This document shows, piece by piece, positions 1-11,438 of a stretch of 64,000 bases of DNA. This DNA comes from Eledone cirrhosa (taxonomy: Eukaryota): NCBI GenBank assembly GCA_964016885.1, contig OZ024750.1, positions 1,860,001 through 1,924,000 of the forward strand. The letters are read 5' to 3'. Positions within the stretch are counted from its first letter, which is position 1. Every line of letters begins with the position of its first letter. A model generated the notes under the pieces. That model did no database searches, was not told the DNA's origin, and saw only the letters and a program-made list of their open reading frames with translations. A program made the position numbers and the translations under genes.

Positions 1-148
1 TTGCAGCAAAGAGTTAGGCCCCTTTATGGTCTGAGTTCAAATCCCGCCGAGGTTAACTTTGCCGTTCATCCTTACGGGGTCGATAAAATAAAGTACCAGT
101 AATGTACTAAGTAATTGCTGGCGATGTGCCAAAAGTAGAAACAATTAT
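1..148 (+). mobile_element. SINE family 1 (tRNA-derived, Deu/Nin-like core), cut by the window edge
   Basis: B-box GAGTTCAAATCC; core TTCATCCTTACGGGGTCGATAAAATAAAGTACCAG; tail GTAGAAACAATTAT. Confidence 0.85.
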
Positions 149-338
149 GTGAACTTATATAGGGCTCATGCATGCATTTCATATATAAAATTAGAAGTTC
201 AGCTTCGTATATTCTGTATACAATGGGATTCCACATATTTTATGAATGACTTATTTGAAAGTGTTTAATTGGATCTCTCTAATGTCTGAGCCAACTCCCT
301 CATCCAGTTGAAATATATATCATAATATTAAGACTTAC

Positions 339-626
339 CCTCCGGACAAGGTCCATTCTTTATTAAGCAATAGGAACCAGCCTCCCATTGGTTATTTCCG
401 TGAGATTCATTAAACAAACAAAAGACATCGTGACTGTAGCCCTCGAAAAAGAAATTAGATAAATGCCGAGCTTTGCTTTTCTCTATGAAACCGTTTATGT
501 AATGGTAAACATTTTGTTTAACCCATTTCTTTCCCGGACATTTTAATCCGGCACTGGGTAAGGCGTAACTTCCTACTGGCCACTCGATCAAAGATTTACC
601 TGAGTTGAAAAATTTCAACGTAGAAC
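339..626 (-). CDS. Astacin protease exon 9 (ApeC/apextrin C-terminal-like domain); gene continues off the window start
   Basis: ctaag|(G)STLKFFNSGKSLIEWPVGSYALPSAGLKCPGKKW...FCLFNESHGNNQWEAGSYCLIKNGPCPE|gtaagt. WPxGxYxLP..CP and WxxGSYC....CP are ApeC hallmarks; 288 nt, phase 1 to 1. Confidence 0.85.
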
Positions 627-650
627 CTTAGTATAAGATTAGCAGAGGAT

Positions 651-710
<60 letters not shown>

Positions 711-1115
711 CATTATGAGAAACGAAAGGAGCTGTGTGGTTACTGTAAACAAAGTTTAAGACGGTAGTATGGACAAAACAAGAGAAGAAAAGAAATCCTT
801 CATCAGCTGTAAACCTAGATCAAGTTGTTTCGGCGCTTAATACAGGACATCTAAAAGCAATCAATATAATAGTAACAGTAAATACAAAGACATATAACAA
901 AATCCCGAGAGGACGCGGAAAGGGCTGTATATATATATATATATATATAGGTACATATATACACACGTAGAGCAAATATTTATTATTAGCACAGATTAAA
1001 ATTTAAGCAAACAATTTATGCTTTCACCTAAAAGCGGAATCTTCTGAGTTTCAGAAGATTCCGTTATACGGTGAAAGCAGAAGTTGTTTACTTAAGCTTT
1101 TAATCTGTGCCAATA

Positions 1116-1216
<101 letters not shown>

Positions 1217-1312
1217 GAGATGTCAACATGAATGGACCTGTTATTTTTATATATACATTTTTTTCCAATTCCAACCCACCCGTCGCCTCAATCTATCTTA
1301 TTTCTCATTCTT

Positions 1313-1348
1313 TCTTCTGATGAAGGACTAGCGTCCGAAACGTTAAGA
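1313..1348 (+). ncRNA. Minimal type I hammerhead ribozyme motif
   Basis: TCTT-CTGATGA-A-GGAC(TAGC)GTCC-GAAA-CG-TT-AAGA. Stem I TCTT/AAGA; palindromic ACGT stem III. Confidence 0.7.
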
Positions 1349-1443
1349 CCCTCTCCCTGCTATATCAAGCGTTAACCTAATATATCCCTTTTTTATACTG
1401 TACCGATTGTGTTGTTATTTCTGTTTACCTTTTACATACATAC

Positions 1444-1498
<55 letters not shown>

Positions 1499-1638
1499 GT
1501 AATGCTAAAGAAAAAGTAAAGGAACAAAGAGTGCTCTATGTATAGAACAGAGGTAATTTATTAGAAAGTGAACAACACAAAATATAACTACTCCATTACC
1601 AAAGGTTTCTGGATCTTTCGTGATAGAGATGATAACAT

Positions 1639-1708
1639 CTCTGTCTGACGAACGATCCAGACGTATATATTATTATCGTCTGTGATCCAGAAACCTTTGG
1701 TAATGGAG
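1639..1708 (+). ncRNA. Type I hammerhead ribozyme motif inside a 56-bp-arm inverted repeat (1560-1615/1684-1739)
   Basis: CTCTGT-CTGACGA-[GATCCAGACG..CGTCTGTGATC]-GAAA-CC TTT GG-TA-ATGGAG. Confidence 0.6.
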
Positions 1709-1735
1709 TAGTTATATTTTGTGTTGTTCACTTTC

Positions 1736-2008
<273 letters not shown>

Positions 2009-2126
2009 ATATATATTCTTTGCATTTGTTTTGTTGAAGCAACTTGTGAGAAAGTATAAGATGAAAGAGAATACTGAGAAGATGTTTTCGAGCAACGTGT
2101 CAAGGACTGGATATATTTCAACAAAC

Positions 2127-2258
2127 CTGGTTTATATATTGTGTTACAGTAAGTGACAGGATCTAAGCCCGTAGGACAGAAACACTGGCAAACACCGCCC
2201 ATCTTTAACACAAACCCATCATTAAGACATTTATGTTTGAAGGTGACACACTGCTGAC
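2127..2258 (-). CDS. Astacin protease exon 8 (EGF-like module)
   Basis: ttttgtag|QQCVTFKHKCLNDGFVLKMGGVCQCFCPTGLDPVTYCNTIYKP|gtttgt. Six-Cys EGF-like pattern; 132 nt, phase 1 to 1. Confidence 0.88.
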
Positions 2259-2599
2259 CTACAAAATATGATAAATACACACACAGACACGTATAAAGAG
2301 TCATTCCATCTACGAGGTCAAACATTTAATAAGGTAGAGATTTACAAGTATTTATTCATAGATAATTATATTTCACGTGGTTAAGAAATTGACTGATGTT
2401 TTTGTTAGGGTAGTTAATTCCCATGAACAAACAAAACAACGAGGAAATACTATCACTAAAATTATTCTATATAAAGGACTATAATTAACATAATGACATA
2501 AATTATGATAATGATTTAAATAATATAATGATATAATTACTCAGGTCAGAGTAATTATTGTGTCTCAGTAGAGTTTTCATAGAAACAGTCATTATCATT

Positions 2600-2968
2600 C
2601 GGGCCTTTACGATCTGTGTTCAAATCCCGCCGAGGTTAACGTTGCTTTCATCATTACGAGGTCGATAAAATAAAGTACCAGTAATACACTGGGATAATTG
2701 CTGACCATGTGCCAAAAGGAGAAACAATTATTATTATCATTAGGGCTGTGGATTGGCAGAATTGGTAGAGCGTCGGACAACAAGCTTTGTTGCATGTAGT
2801 TACGGCTTTTTACGGTCTGAGTTCAAATCCTGCCGAGGTCAACTTTGTCTTTCATCCTTACGGGGTCGATAAAATAAAGTACCAGTAACAGACTGGGGTC
2901 GATTTAATCGACTTTCCTCTCCACAAAAATTGTTGGCCTTATGCCTGAATCTGAAAACATTATTATTT
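2600..2968 (+). mobile_element. Two tandem SINE family 1 copies
   Basis: Two head-to-tail copies with B-box, core and (TTA)n tails. Confidence 0.85.
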
Positions 2969-2989
2969 GTTTGGTCTGTTGGTGAGGGC

Positions 2990-3440
2990 TCTGTCCATGC
3001 CGTCCCTTTGGACTCTTTCCATGCCGTCCCCTTGGATTCTGTCCTAATCCTTCCCCTTAAACTGTTGGTGGTTAATGGCTCCAGAAAATATATATACATG
3101 GTGAAAATTCCAGTGGATCAGAATTATGGAAAGAAAAGCCTGGGTGTGGTGAGTGGTGGAATATATGTGTAAAGAGGAAGAGAGTCAAGCGTGGTGTGGA
3201 TGCCAGAGAAGTGGTGGCATGAAACCAACCAGTTCCGAACAGCAGCGAGCATATCTGTACTAGAACAAAAATAAATAACAAAGAGGCCACTCGTTTGTGG
3301 ACTGTAGTGTGTTTATTGTTGATTTTATGTCAATCGGCTGAGATCGGCTTTAGGCATCTGTGTATGTGGGTGGAGCAGCGACCCAAATTTGGAAACAATA
3401 CTCTATTGTGAGTTACATATGATCCTAAAGAAATGCTTAC
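2990..3440 (-). mobile_element. Degenerate Jockey/CR1-group LINE 3' relic
   Basis: Fragments IEYCFQIWVAAP and VASLLF...CS resemble the post-RT region of these LINEs. Confidence 0.45.
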
Positions 3441-3480
3441 ACTTGTTAGGTACAATGAGAGCCAGAAATGTTATACTTAC

Positions 3481-3607
3481 TTTGACATTTGTATAAACTA
3501 TTTATATCTTGAATATCGTAGTGACTCAATGAGTTTTGATAGTCGATTAAATATGTTTGATCTGGATCGAGGACTTGATAGATATATGCATCTGTTATTG
3601 AAAATGC
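3481..3607 (-). CDS. Astacin protease exon 7 (end of catalytic domain)
   Basis: gctttcag|AFSITDAYIYQVLDPDQTYLIDYQNSLSHYDIQDINSLYKCQ|gtaagt. Matches AFS...LS..DI..IN.LY.C; 127 nt, phase 0 to 1. Confidence 0.95.
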
Positions 3608-3737
3608 CTGAAAGCAAAAGTGATAAACAACGTAATACATTTATCTAAATGATGTTGACAAAACTTTGGAAATCAATTTGGTTCATTTATTCCTCGTTTA
3701 TTATACATCTTTTATTCTAATATTTGTTATTCATTAG

Positions 3738-3807
<70 letters not shown>

Positions 3808-3830
3808 TCTTTCTCTCTCTCTCTCTCCCC

Positions 3831-3899
<69 letters not shown>

Positions 3900-4057
3900 C
3901 TTGAAATAAGTATAATAAAATAAATATGGTTTTATAAAGATATTTTCCATTTATTAATATTATTGATGTTGATGATACTCCAGATAAATCTGTTGAGTGC
4001 TTCTATTCTGTTGTAAAATTAACTTTGTTGAATAATCAACAAACCAAATAACACATT

Positions 4058-4093
<36 letters not shown>

Positions 4094-4168
4094 TAAAATA
4101 ACAGATTAAAGTTTATATATATATTATAAATGCAGAAATGTTTTAAATAACCGTAGAGTCGTTCTTAC

Positions 4169-4251
4169 CATCGGCCCATAAAGCATGACAGATTGGAAGT
4201 CGAATCTGCTATTGTCCTGTGAGCCTCTAGATAACATCCGTTTTCGAAATT
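4169..4251 (-). CDS. Astacin protease exon 6 (Met-turn)
   Basis: tctttcag|(E)FRKRMLSRGSQDNSRFDFQSVMLYGPM|gtaaga. SxMxY Met-turn present; 83 nt, phase 1 to 0. Confidence 0.95.
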
Positions 4252-4712
4252 CTGAAAGAAACAAGTCTTTTAATCCAAATGGCTGCTACGTATATTCTCC
4301 TCAAATGATCGATATCTTTTCAACACGATATAAAATACTTGATATTCTGATTTCGTATTTCACAATTATTCACCATATTAATATGCCTATCTTTACAGTG
4401 TAATATGTTTCCTACCACTAAGCACATACAGACATGCAAACCTCTAAAATGCCAAACGGGGAGAAATGAAGCAAAATGAGGAGATTTTACATAATGAAAG
4501 CTATACCCATTTTCACAAAAGAAGACATCTCTTACCCACCCCAAGGTGGGTGGGAGGGAAAATTAGATGATGTTATGGTCTTTAAAGTTGTAATTGTAAT
4601 AGAATAACTTCAATCGAAGATTGAAATCTTATCACAATTTAGGTTTACAAATAGGTTGTCCGTTTTTCTACAGTTTTTTAATACATTGGAATTAACACAC
4701 ATTCTTTTTTAC

Positions 4713-4818
4713 CTGTTTGAATGTTTTTGAATATCACTCGAATATAGTTATCTCTGTCTTTTCGTTCATGTTCGTGTGTAAGACCAATAATATGACCGAG
4801 CTCATGTAAGCATGTTTC
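4713..4818 (-). CDS. Astacin protease exon 5 (zinc-binding motif)
   Basis: cctcctag|[35 protein letters not shown]|gtaaaa. Full astacin signature HExxHxxGxxHExxRxDRD; 106 nt, phase 0 to 1. Confidence 0.97.
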
Positions 4819-5167
4819 CTAGGAGGAAAAAAAACATGATAGAATAGACTGTATATTTTATATGTTATCTAAGACATGGGATGCATGTAATACCTTCGAT
4901 TCTAAAATAACAGCCATTTATCGCACTGTTCCTTCTGAAATTTCGCAGACCGCTGAGTAAATTGATATTTGTATGGCATTAATCGGGATACCGAACAAAT
5001 CTGCTCTTGGACAAGGCACCAGTCTATTGTAAGCAAAATTTCTTGCAGGAAGAATTTAGCTAAGTACTGAAAGTCAACGAATCATCCCAGGCTCCGCACT
5101 GACTGCTATCCACAATAATTCCTCCTTAATAAGTCAACCCTGTAGATGATGTTAGACACAGGTTATT

Positions 5168-5361
5168 GGGCGGTGGATTGGCAGTATCGGCAGAGGGTTG
5201 GACGCCATGCTTTGCAGCAAAGAGTTACGGCCCTTTATGGTCTGAGTTCAAATCCCGCCGAGGTTAACTTTGCCTTTCATCCTTTCAGGGTCGATAAAAT
5301 AAAGTACCAGTAATACACTGGATAATTGCTGGCCTTGTGCCAAAAGTAGAAACAGTTATTA
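5168..5361 (+). mobile_element. SINE family 1, full length (short subfamily)
   Basis: GGCGGTGGATTGGCAGTATCGG (A-box region) ... GAGTTCAAATCCCGCC ... core ... tail. Confidence 0.9.
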
Positions 5362-5839
5362 ATGGTGTCAACTGATAAACCGTATTTAATAATTATACGA
5401 TCATGTCCAAGAAGTCCTTACTTTTATTTCATTGTAAATGTTCCTTCTAAATCCGTTTTTATTCTGTTCGTAAATGAGAACATTCGAACAAATTTAGATC
5501 CCCAGATTACTCATCATAATCAAATAACTTCCGTGTTCTAAAACAGAATCACGGAATAACCTCTGTGTCTGCCATGTAAATAGTGCTGAGTGCGTGTTCC
5601 TTATATTATATAACACGGTTGCTTTATGAAAGCAATTATACTGTAACTGATAATATATAAATATACAGGTTTGGGGAATTTTGACTTTTATAGACATTAA
5701 GTTGCTCTAACAATACTCCCAATATCACATCATTTTGAAGAACTATAAAACAAAATCTATCTCCTTTAGCGTGCCCATGTTTTTATTTATAATAAAAATT
5801 TTAAATTTAAAAATGTAGCAAAATTATATAAATACTTAC

Positions 5840-5903
5840 TGCACTACAGCAGCGAGCTGATCTTTGATTATTGAAGAAGCCGACTTGTGCAAAGCAATTC
5901 TTA
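5840..5903 (-). CDS. Astacin protease exon 4
   Basis: ccacag|KNCFAQVGFFNNQRSARCCSA|gtaagt, equivalent to the astacin C.S.VG segment; 64 nt, phase 2 to 0. Confidence 0.88.
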
Positions 5904-6049
5904 CTGTGGATCAAAAGAATGAAACAGATAAACAAATAGTTAATGAGAATCCATTGTTACCATTTCTATTTTATATGAGAAAATACAAGGGATTATTATC
6001 CTACTGTATTCTAAGAAGATGAGTAAATCTATACTTTTAAATATGTCTA

Positions 6050-6980
6050 GACATTCCCTGACATGATCGAATCCCATAGCCCCGTCCTGGTTAAACTACT
6101 CATCTATGGGTCTCTTCAGTATTGAAGTATCTTTTCATATTTCCCTATTTAATCATGTGCATACGAGATTCTTTTTGCTGTGTATTGCAGCTCTGTCAGA
6201 CCACAAAGATATACATTAACGATCTATTTTATTTGCTGTCAATTCTACCAAACCTCATCTCGATTCAAACGATACCATTCTTCATTCTGCATTCTACACT
6301 CACCAATGCCATCCACGTGCAACCAAGTTAATCCATATTAAAACTTACCTGCCTCCATAAAAGGATATATTGAAAGCTTTCTCTGGTGAATACATGATGT
6401 ATTTTCCTTCAAGATCACAAAGGCAAAGTCCATGCAGATATCTATCTCACCCTCTTTAGTTTTAGACAAGGTTCAACTAAATCCCTCAGGATCACTACAA
6501 TTCAATTTCTAGACATAATAATAGCTAAGAACCTCGATACCATAAAGTACCAGCCAAACCAAATTACAACTCTAAATATCTACTGAGTCTCTATAAAGTT
6601 CATATGAGATCCTAGTCCTCTTGTTATATAAAAAACTAAATATACTAGAAACGAAATCCGACTATTTAACAAATATTCTCTCATTGACACACCTCAGCCT
6701 GTATCCCTCACATGCACTGTATCTATTCTAATGTTACTACAACGGTTTCTGTTATGTAGTTACACACAACTCACACCATGTCAATCTATCCTGACCTATC
6801 ACTCCTCCTCTTGACATCCATTTTGTTTCTTTCTTTACCAGGACGTTTACCCTCTGGATTCCATTTTCCGACCATATTTTAGCACAGTCAAGTTGCTATT
6901 GTTAAAGCTAAACCTCAGCTTCATCACCCCACCAATCTTAAACAGCTTGTAAACGTTCCAGCTCCCTTGTTTATATAATG
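6050..6980 (-). mobile_element. Highly degenerate LINE RT relic
   Basis: Fragmentary motifs EIDICMDFAF and SYAHD with stops and frameshifts. Confidence 0.3.
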
Positions 6981-7050
6981 TATATAGTAAAGTGTCTATT
7001 ATATATAATATTTCACGATAAAATATTTAAATACCAAAACATTCTTTTAC

Positions 7051-7198
7051 CTTCCCTCTTTAAACAAAACTGATCCTTGGTGGTTCTTTCCGGTCACCAT
7101 TTCTTTGTCATTTGAAATATTCATGTTAACAAAACGAATACACGATAAATACATATACTGGAGCGAAGCATAGTGCACTGCAGCCATTTCGGTTTCAG
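7051..7198 (-). CDS. Astacin protease exon 3
   Basis: ttgttaag|(T)ETEMAAVHYASLQYMYLSCIRFVNMNISNDKEMVTGKNHQGSVLFKEG(S)|gtaaaa. Contains the astacin CIRF motif; 148 nt, phase 1 to 2. Confidence 0.9.
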
Positions 7199-8545
7199 CT
7201 TAACAAAAAAAAAATAACGATTACAGTTAATGTATAAAAAAGGATCGATCGACTTTCGTCAAATCGGACCGAGGAAACAATGTTTCCATTGGTCTTGTAG
7301 TGATTAGTGGAACTCTTTTGTCTCTGTAACAAAGCTGTGCAGAGTTACCTGTTCTTTCTATAAGAGAGTTGACTTTCGCGCCTTCTTCTCTCTTTTCCCA
7401 TCGAGGCTTCGGGTCAACACCCGACGATGTGACGCTCCCACTATATTGATAGTAACACCACGACATGTGGTATAAACGAATTCTCCAAAGCTTCTCTTCT
7501 GAACTTTCTCATAAGGATTGGAGATAAAGATGCAAGCCTTTTCCTTCTTTCATAAGGATTAATTAACTAATACATTCACAGGTATGACCTTTAAATATAT
7601 GTAACACACACCTAGCACAAATAAATTACCAACTTAATTATTACATTGTTGATAAAACTCTTTGTTGTATTTATTTGATAAGTTGAAAAAACACATCTCC
7701 AATTAACATCTTGTCCAGTGATCTGTAAATGAACATTATGTATTAAATGATTTGTCTGCATTTTTCATTCATACCAGCCTTCCAAGAACAGTATATTAAA
7801 TTAGATAACGGAATGGGGTATTCGATGCTGGTCGCGAGACTCAAACCGCGTAAATCCATTAAATCATAATATTCCCATTTCGTTACAGTCTTTCCAATTG
7901 CTAGTACTATCTGTCGGTTGCAACTCCAGGTAGAAGGAGCAACACGAAATAAAGTGTCTTGCTCAAGGACATAACGCATCACCTGGTCCTGGAATCGAGC
8001 TCACAGCCTCAAGATTGTTAATCCAATTCTCTAACCACTCAGCCACACGCCTTCACAGTGAAATTAATGTATATCACAATAAAAAAAACGTACGAACACG
8101 CTTACGAGGGTTGGCTGAACTGAAAATGGCTGTGAAATCGTGTTCTATGCTAGTCAGTTCTTTTATGTTTTCTGAACGTAACAGATTGTTTATAATGTAT
8201 GTTGTTCTACTTAGAATTCAGAGAACACGTGACAGTTGCTGCAAATATGAAGAGCATTAAAAGTGACTTGAAATCTTCACAGAATAGTTACTCATCATCT
8301 GCTTTCTGTGTCCTACTAGTTACATAAATAAAAACAAATAGTTTGCTGCGACAGAATTATGAATCTGGTGTTAGTTTTAGCTTGAAGGGGAGTTTCGAAA
8401 TTGGCACATATTTCTTCTGTTTATTTAGATGAAAACTATACTTTTGCTAAAGAGAACAAATTAGTTGAATATGTCCAAATATTAGTTGAATTATTTGAAT
8501 GTCTCCTTTGATTGTCGTGAATATGAAATTTTGATATTACCTTAA

Positions 8546-8775
8546 CCCTTTAACATTTAAACTGGCCGTATCTGAGTAGAATTCTCTCACTTCTTTCTGT
8601 TCAAACCGGCCATAACCAGTTGTTCATACTTATGTTAAGGTATTGTTCTCAAAATAGATATTAAAATCTCGTAGATTCGATATCATGTGAAATAAAGTAT
8701 TTACCGTGAACATACAATAGTAAATATAGATTAATGTAACTGCTCTATATTTACTAAATAGAGTAATATAAAGGG
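8546..8775. mobile_element. piggyBac-like MITE
   Basis: TTAA|CCCTTTA...TAAAGGG|TTAA; related to 60813-61051 in the opposite orientation. Confidence 0.7.
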
Positions 8776-8854
8776 TTAAATGTTAATGTTTCACACAAAT
8801 ATAATTTCACCCTCTTAACTATATGAAGCAATTCTGATGAGAATGTTTACTCAC

Positions 8855-8933
8855 TCATTTCAGGACTGAATTGGTAGAATATTGTATTATTTGGCCAAAG
8901 CTTATTTGATTCGCTCCTTTCGGGCTTCTTCGG
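8855..8933 (-). CDS. Astacin protease exon 2 (start of catalytic domain)
   Basis: ttttaaag|PKKPERSESNKLWPNNTIFYQFSPEM|gtgagt. The LWP..TI.Y motif matches the astacin N-terminus; 79 nt, phase 0 to 1. Confidence 0.88.
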
Positions 8934-8950
8934 CTTTAAAATAAAACAAA

Positions 8951-9502
8951 TATTAGTAATGTTATGATATCACTAATGTTATGATATCACTAATGTTATG
9001 ATATCACTAATGTTATGATATTACTAATGTTATGATATCACTAATGTTATGATATCACTAATGTTATGATATCAATTATGTTATGATATCATTAATGTTA
9101 TGATATCAATTATGTTATGATATTACTAATGTTATGATATCACTAATGTTATGATATCAATTATGTTATGATATTAGTAATGTTATGATATCACTAATGT
9201 TATGATATCACTAATGTTATGATATCACTAATGTTATGATATCAATTATGTTATGATATCACTAATGTTATGATATCAATTATGTTATGATATTAGTAAT
9301 GTTATGATATCACTAATGTTATGATATCAATTATGTTATGATATTAGTAATGTTATGATATCACTAATGTTATGATATCAATTATGTTATGATATTAGTA
9401 ATGTTATGATATCACTAATGTTATGATATCACTAATGTTATGATATCACTAATGTTATGATATCACTAATGTTATGATATCACTAATGTTATGATATCAC
9501 TA
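8951..9502. repeat. 17-bp minisatellite, ~32 units
   Basis: (TAATGTTATGATATCAC)n with variants. Confidence 0.95.
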
Positions 9503-9670
9503 GTTCTATGTTGGGATGAAAGTAATGTTCATTACATACAAGTATCTACACGGGCACACACAATTCATACAACTCATACACACATACTTACAAACATATA
9601 TACATACACAGATACATACATACACATATACACACACATACACACACACACATATACACATACACACACG

Positions 9671-9982
9671 AATGACCACGGGATTTGCACCTTGAAAGTT
9701 CCCCTCTGAGGCACAAGCCCGGCCAAGGTTGTTTGTGGAAGACCAGATGTCACCCACACATACCAGTCTCCCCTCTCCACTGATGATGTCCAAGGGAAAG
9801 GTAATGGCCGATACAGCTTGACACCAGTGACGTCACAACTCATTTCTACAGCTGAGTAAACTGGAGCAAAGTGAAATAAAGTGTCTTGCCCAAGAACACA
9901 ACGCAAAGCCCGTTCTGAGAATCGAACTCAGAACCTTGCGATTGCAAGCCCGACGATCTAACCACTATCCGTGCACCTTCAA
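9671..9982 (-). mobile_element. SINE family 2 (tRNA-derived), near full length; fragments also at 7925-8057, 39470-39660 and 46900-47015
   Basis: Minus-strand tRNA-like head (TAGTGGTTAGA...GAGTTCGATTC) followed by TGTGTTCTTGGGCAAGACACTTTATTTCAC, a conserved central-domain-like motif. Confidence 0.8.
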
Positions 9983-10169
9983 CACACTCATATTCACACA
10001 AACTCCCTGTTCCTATTAATTATCTTTTTATTTCATTACCCTAATAAATTGGCCGCTTAACAATATTCTTATGTTGACTCATTAAATAAAATAACCCCTG
10101 ATGAGTTAGAAATAATTACACTATCAAATGAAATCAGATATTCCCAAATGTTCATTAAAAGGATAGAAT

Positions 10170-10345
10170 AATTATTTCTACATTAAGCACAAGGCCAGTA
10201 ATTTAAAGGGGATAGGAAAGTCGATTAAATTGATTCCAGTACATTACTGGTACTTTATTTTATCAGCCCCGTAAGGATGAAAGGCAAAGTTAACCTCGAT
10301 GGGATTTGAACTCAGAAAGTAAAAGGCCGTAACTCTGTCACGAAG
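10170..10345 (-). mobile_element. SINE family 1
   Basis: Reverse complement of core and B-box. Confidence 0.8.
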
Positions 10346-10445
10346 CAACCCACTTAATGTTCATTATAAAAATCCAAAATGGCCTATTTGAGCTGTTTCT
10401 ATCGGTTGTGTTTTTCTTATATCATAACAAACGTTTGCTACTTAC

Positions 10446-10532
10446 ATTTGTTTTAGTGGCGATAATATTCATAAAATTCAGTGAAATCAGAAACCAGTGG
10501 ACCAATTCCATTTTCCATAAGAAAATAATCAT
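10446..10532 (-). CDS. Astacin-EGF-ApeC metalloprotease, coding exon 1 (signal peptide)
   Basis: Reads MIIFLWKMELVHWFLISLNFMNIIATKTN (hydrophobic, signal-like), then a GTAAGT donor in phase 0 matching the next exon. Upstream tttattttcaag acceptor suggests a 5'UTR exon further right. Confidence 0.65.
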
Positions 10533-10707
10533 TCTTGAAAATAAAATGAATATCTTCGGTCAAATCTTTTACTGACATTTTACTGAGGTTTGTAATGCAG
10601 AGAGTGGCTCGCAGACAAACTTCAACAAATTATACATACATACATACATACATACATACATACATACATACATACATACATACATACATACATACATACA
10701 TACATAC

Positions 10708-11200
10708 GATGCCAATATAATATCAAAGATTAGTGAAAAGGAGAATATATATGCAGAACTGATAAGAAATCTGCAGATACTCCACCCTGATTACACCTTC
10801 AGATTTATGCCTGTGATTGTTGGGGCACTGGGATATGTTAGTAACAGCCTCAATACAAATCTTGAGAAGCTAGGCTTCACAGGAACAGAAAGAACACAAC
10901 TAGTTAGGAAACTACAAGTACAATCCATTAATGGAACAGTAAAAATATGTAAAACATTCCAAAAATGTTGCATCTAATAACTGCATATACACATGTACAG
11001 ATACAAAGCATATACACATGCACACATACAACTCAAAACATACACATCCACACATACAATAACATCCATATCTACACATGCATGCATACATATCTACCTA
11101 GTTGATGTTGTGTAAATTCCAGTGAGAGAGTCTTGTGTCTGTTAGAAACCGACTCTCTCTCTATTGGTAAAACTTTGTGAAATTATAAAACCAAAAGAAC
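10708..11200 (+). mobile_element. 5'-truncated R4/Dong-like (RLE) non-LTR retrotransposon end within (TACA)n
   Basis: 89 open codons DANIISKISEKENIYAELIRNLQILHPDYTFRFMPVIVGALGYV...LQVQSINGTVKICKTF, stop at 10975-10977. This is the C-terminus of a restriction-like endonuclease domain, followed by a 3'UTR and CA-rich repeats. Confidence 0.8.
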
Positions 11201-11252
11201 ATACATACACACACACATACATACACACATACATACATATATACATACATAC

Positions 11253-11369
11253 ATGATGGCTGCCCCCTCGTTATCGAGTATGGCCATTGCACGAGAAGAA
11301 AAATAATAATAATAATAATAATAAATAAATAAAATAAAAAGAAAATAGAAATTTAAAAAAAAAAAAAAG

Positions 11370-11438
<69 letters not shown>

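Noticed and set aside
4894-4901. Possible 8-nt microexon (ttttag AATCGAAG gta) in the astacin gene
   Set aside because: The flanking exons already join in phase, and including it would shift the frame.
5168-5260. tRNA genes suggested by A/B-box motifs
   Set aside because: These are SINE heads; no complete cloverleaf was found.
5494-5697. ORFs 5494-5697 and 4320-4544 as astacin exons
   Set aside because: No astacin motifs, and the exon chain is complete without them.
8951-9502. Regular short repeat resembling a CRISPR or iteron array
   Set aside because: Contiguous 17-bp units with no spacers.
9775-9810. CTGATGA...GAAA within SINE family 2
   Set aside because: No consistent stems; probably a chance match within SINE sequence.
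10094-10146. CTGATGA...GAAATCAGATA as a hammerhead
   Set aside because: Stem I cannot pair and stem II is unconvincing.
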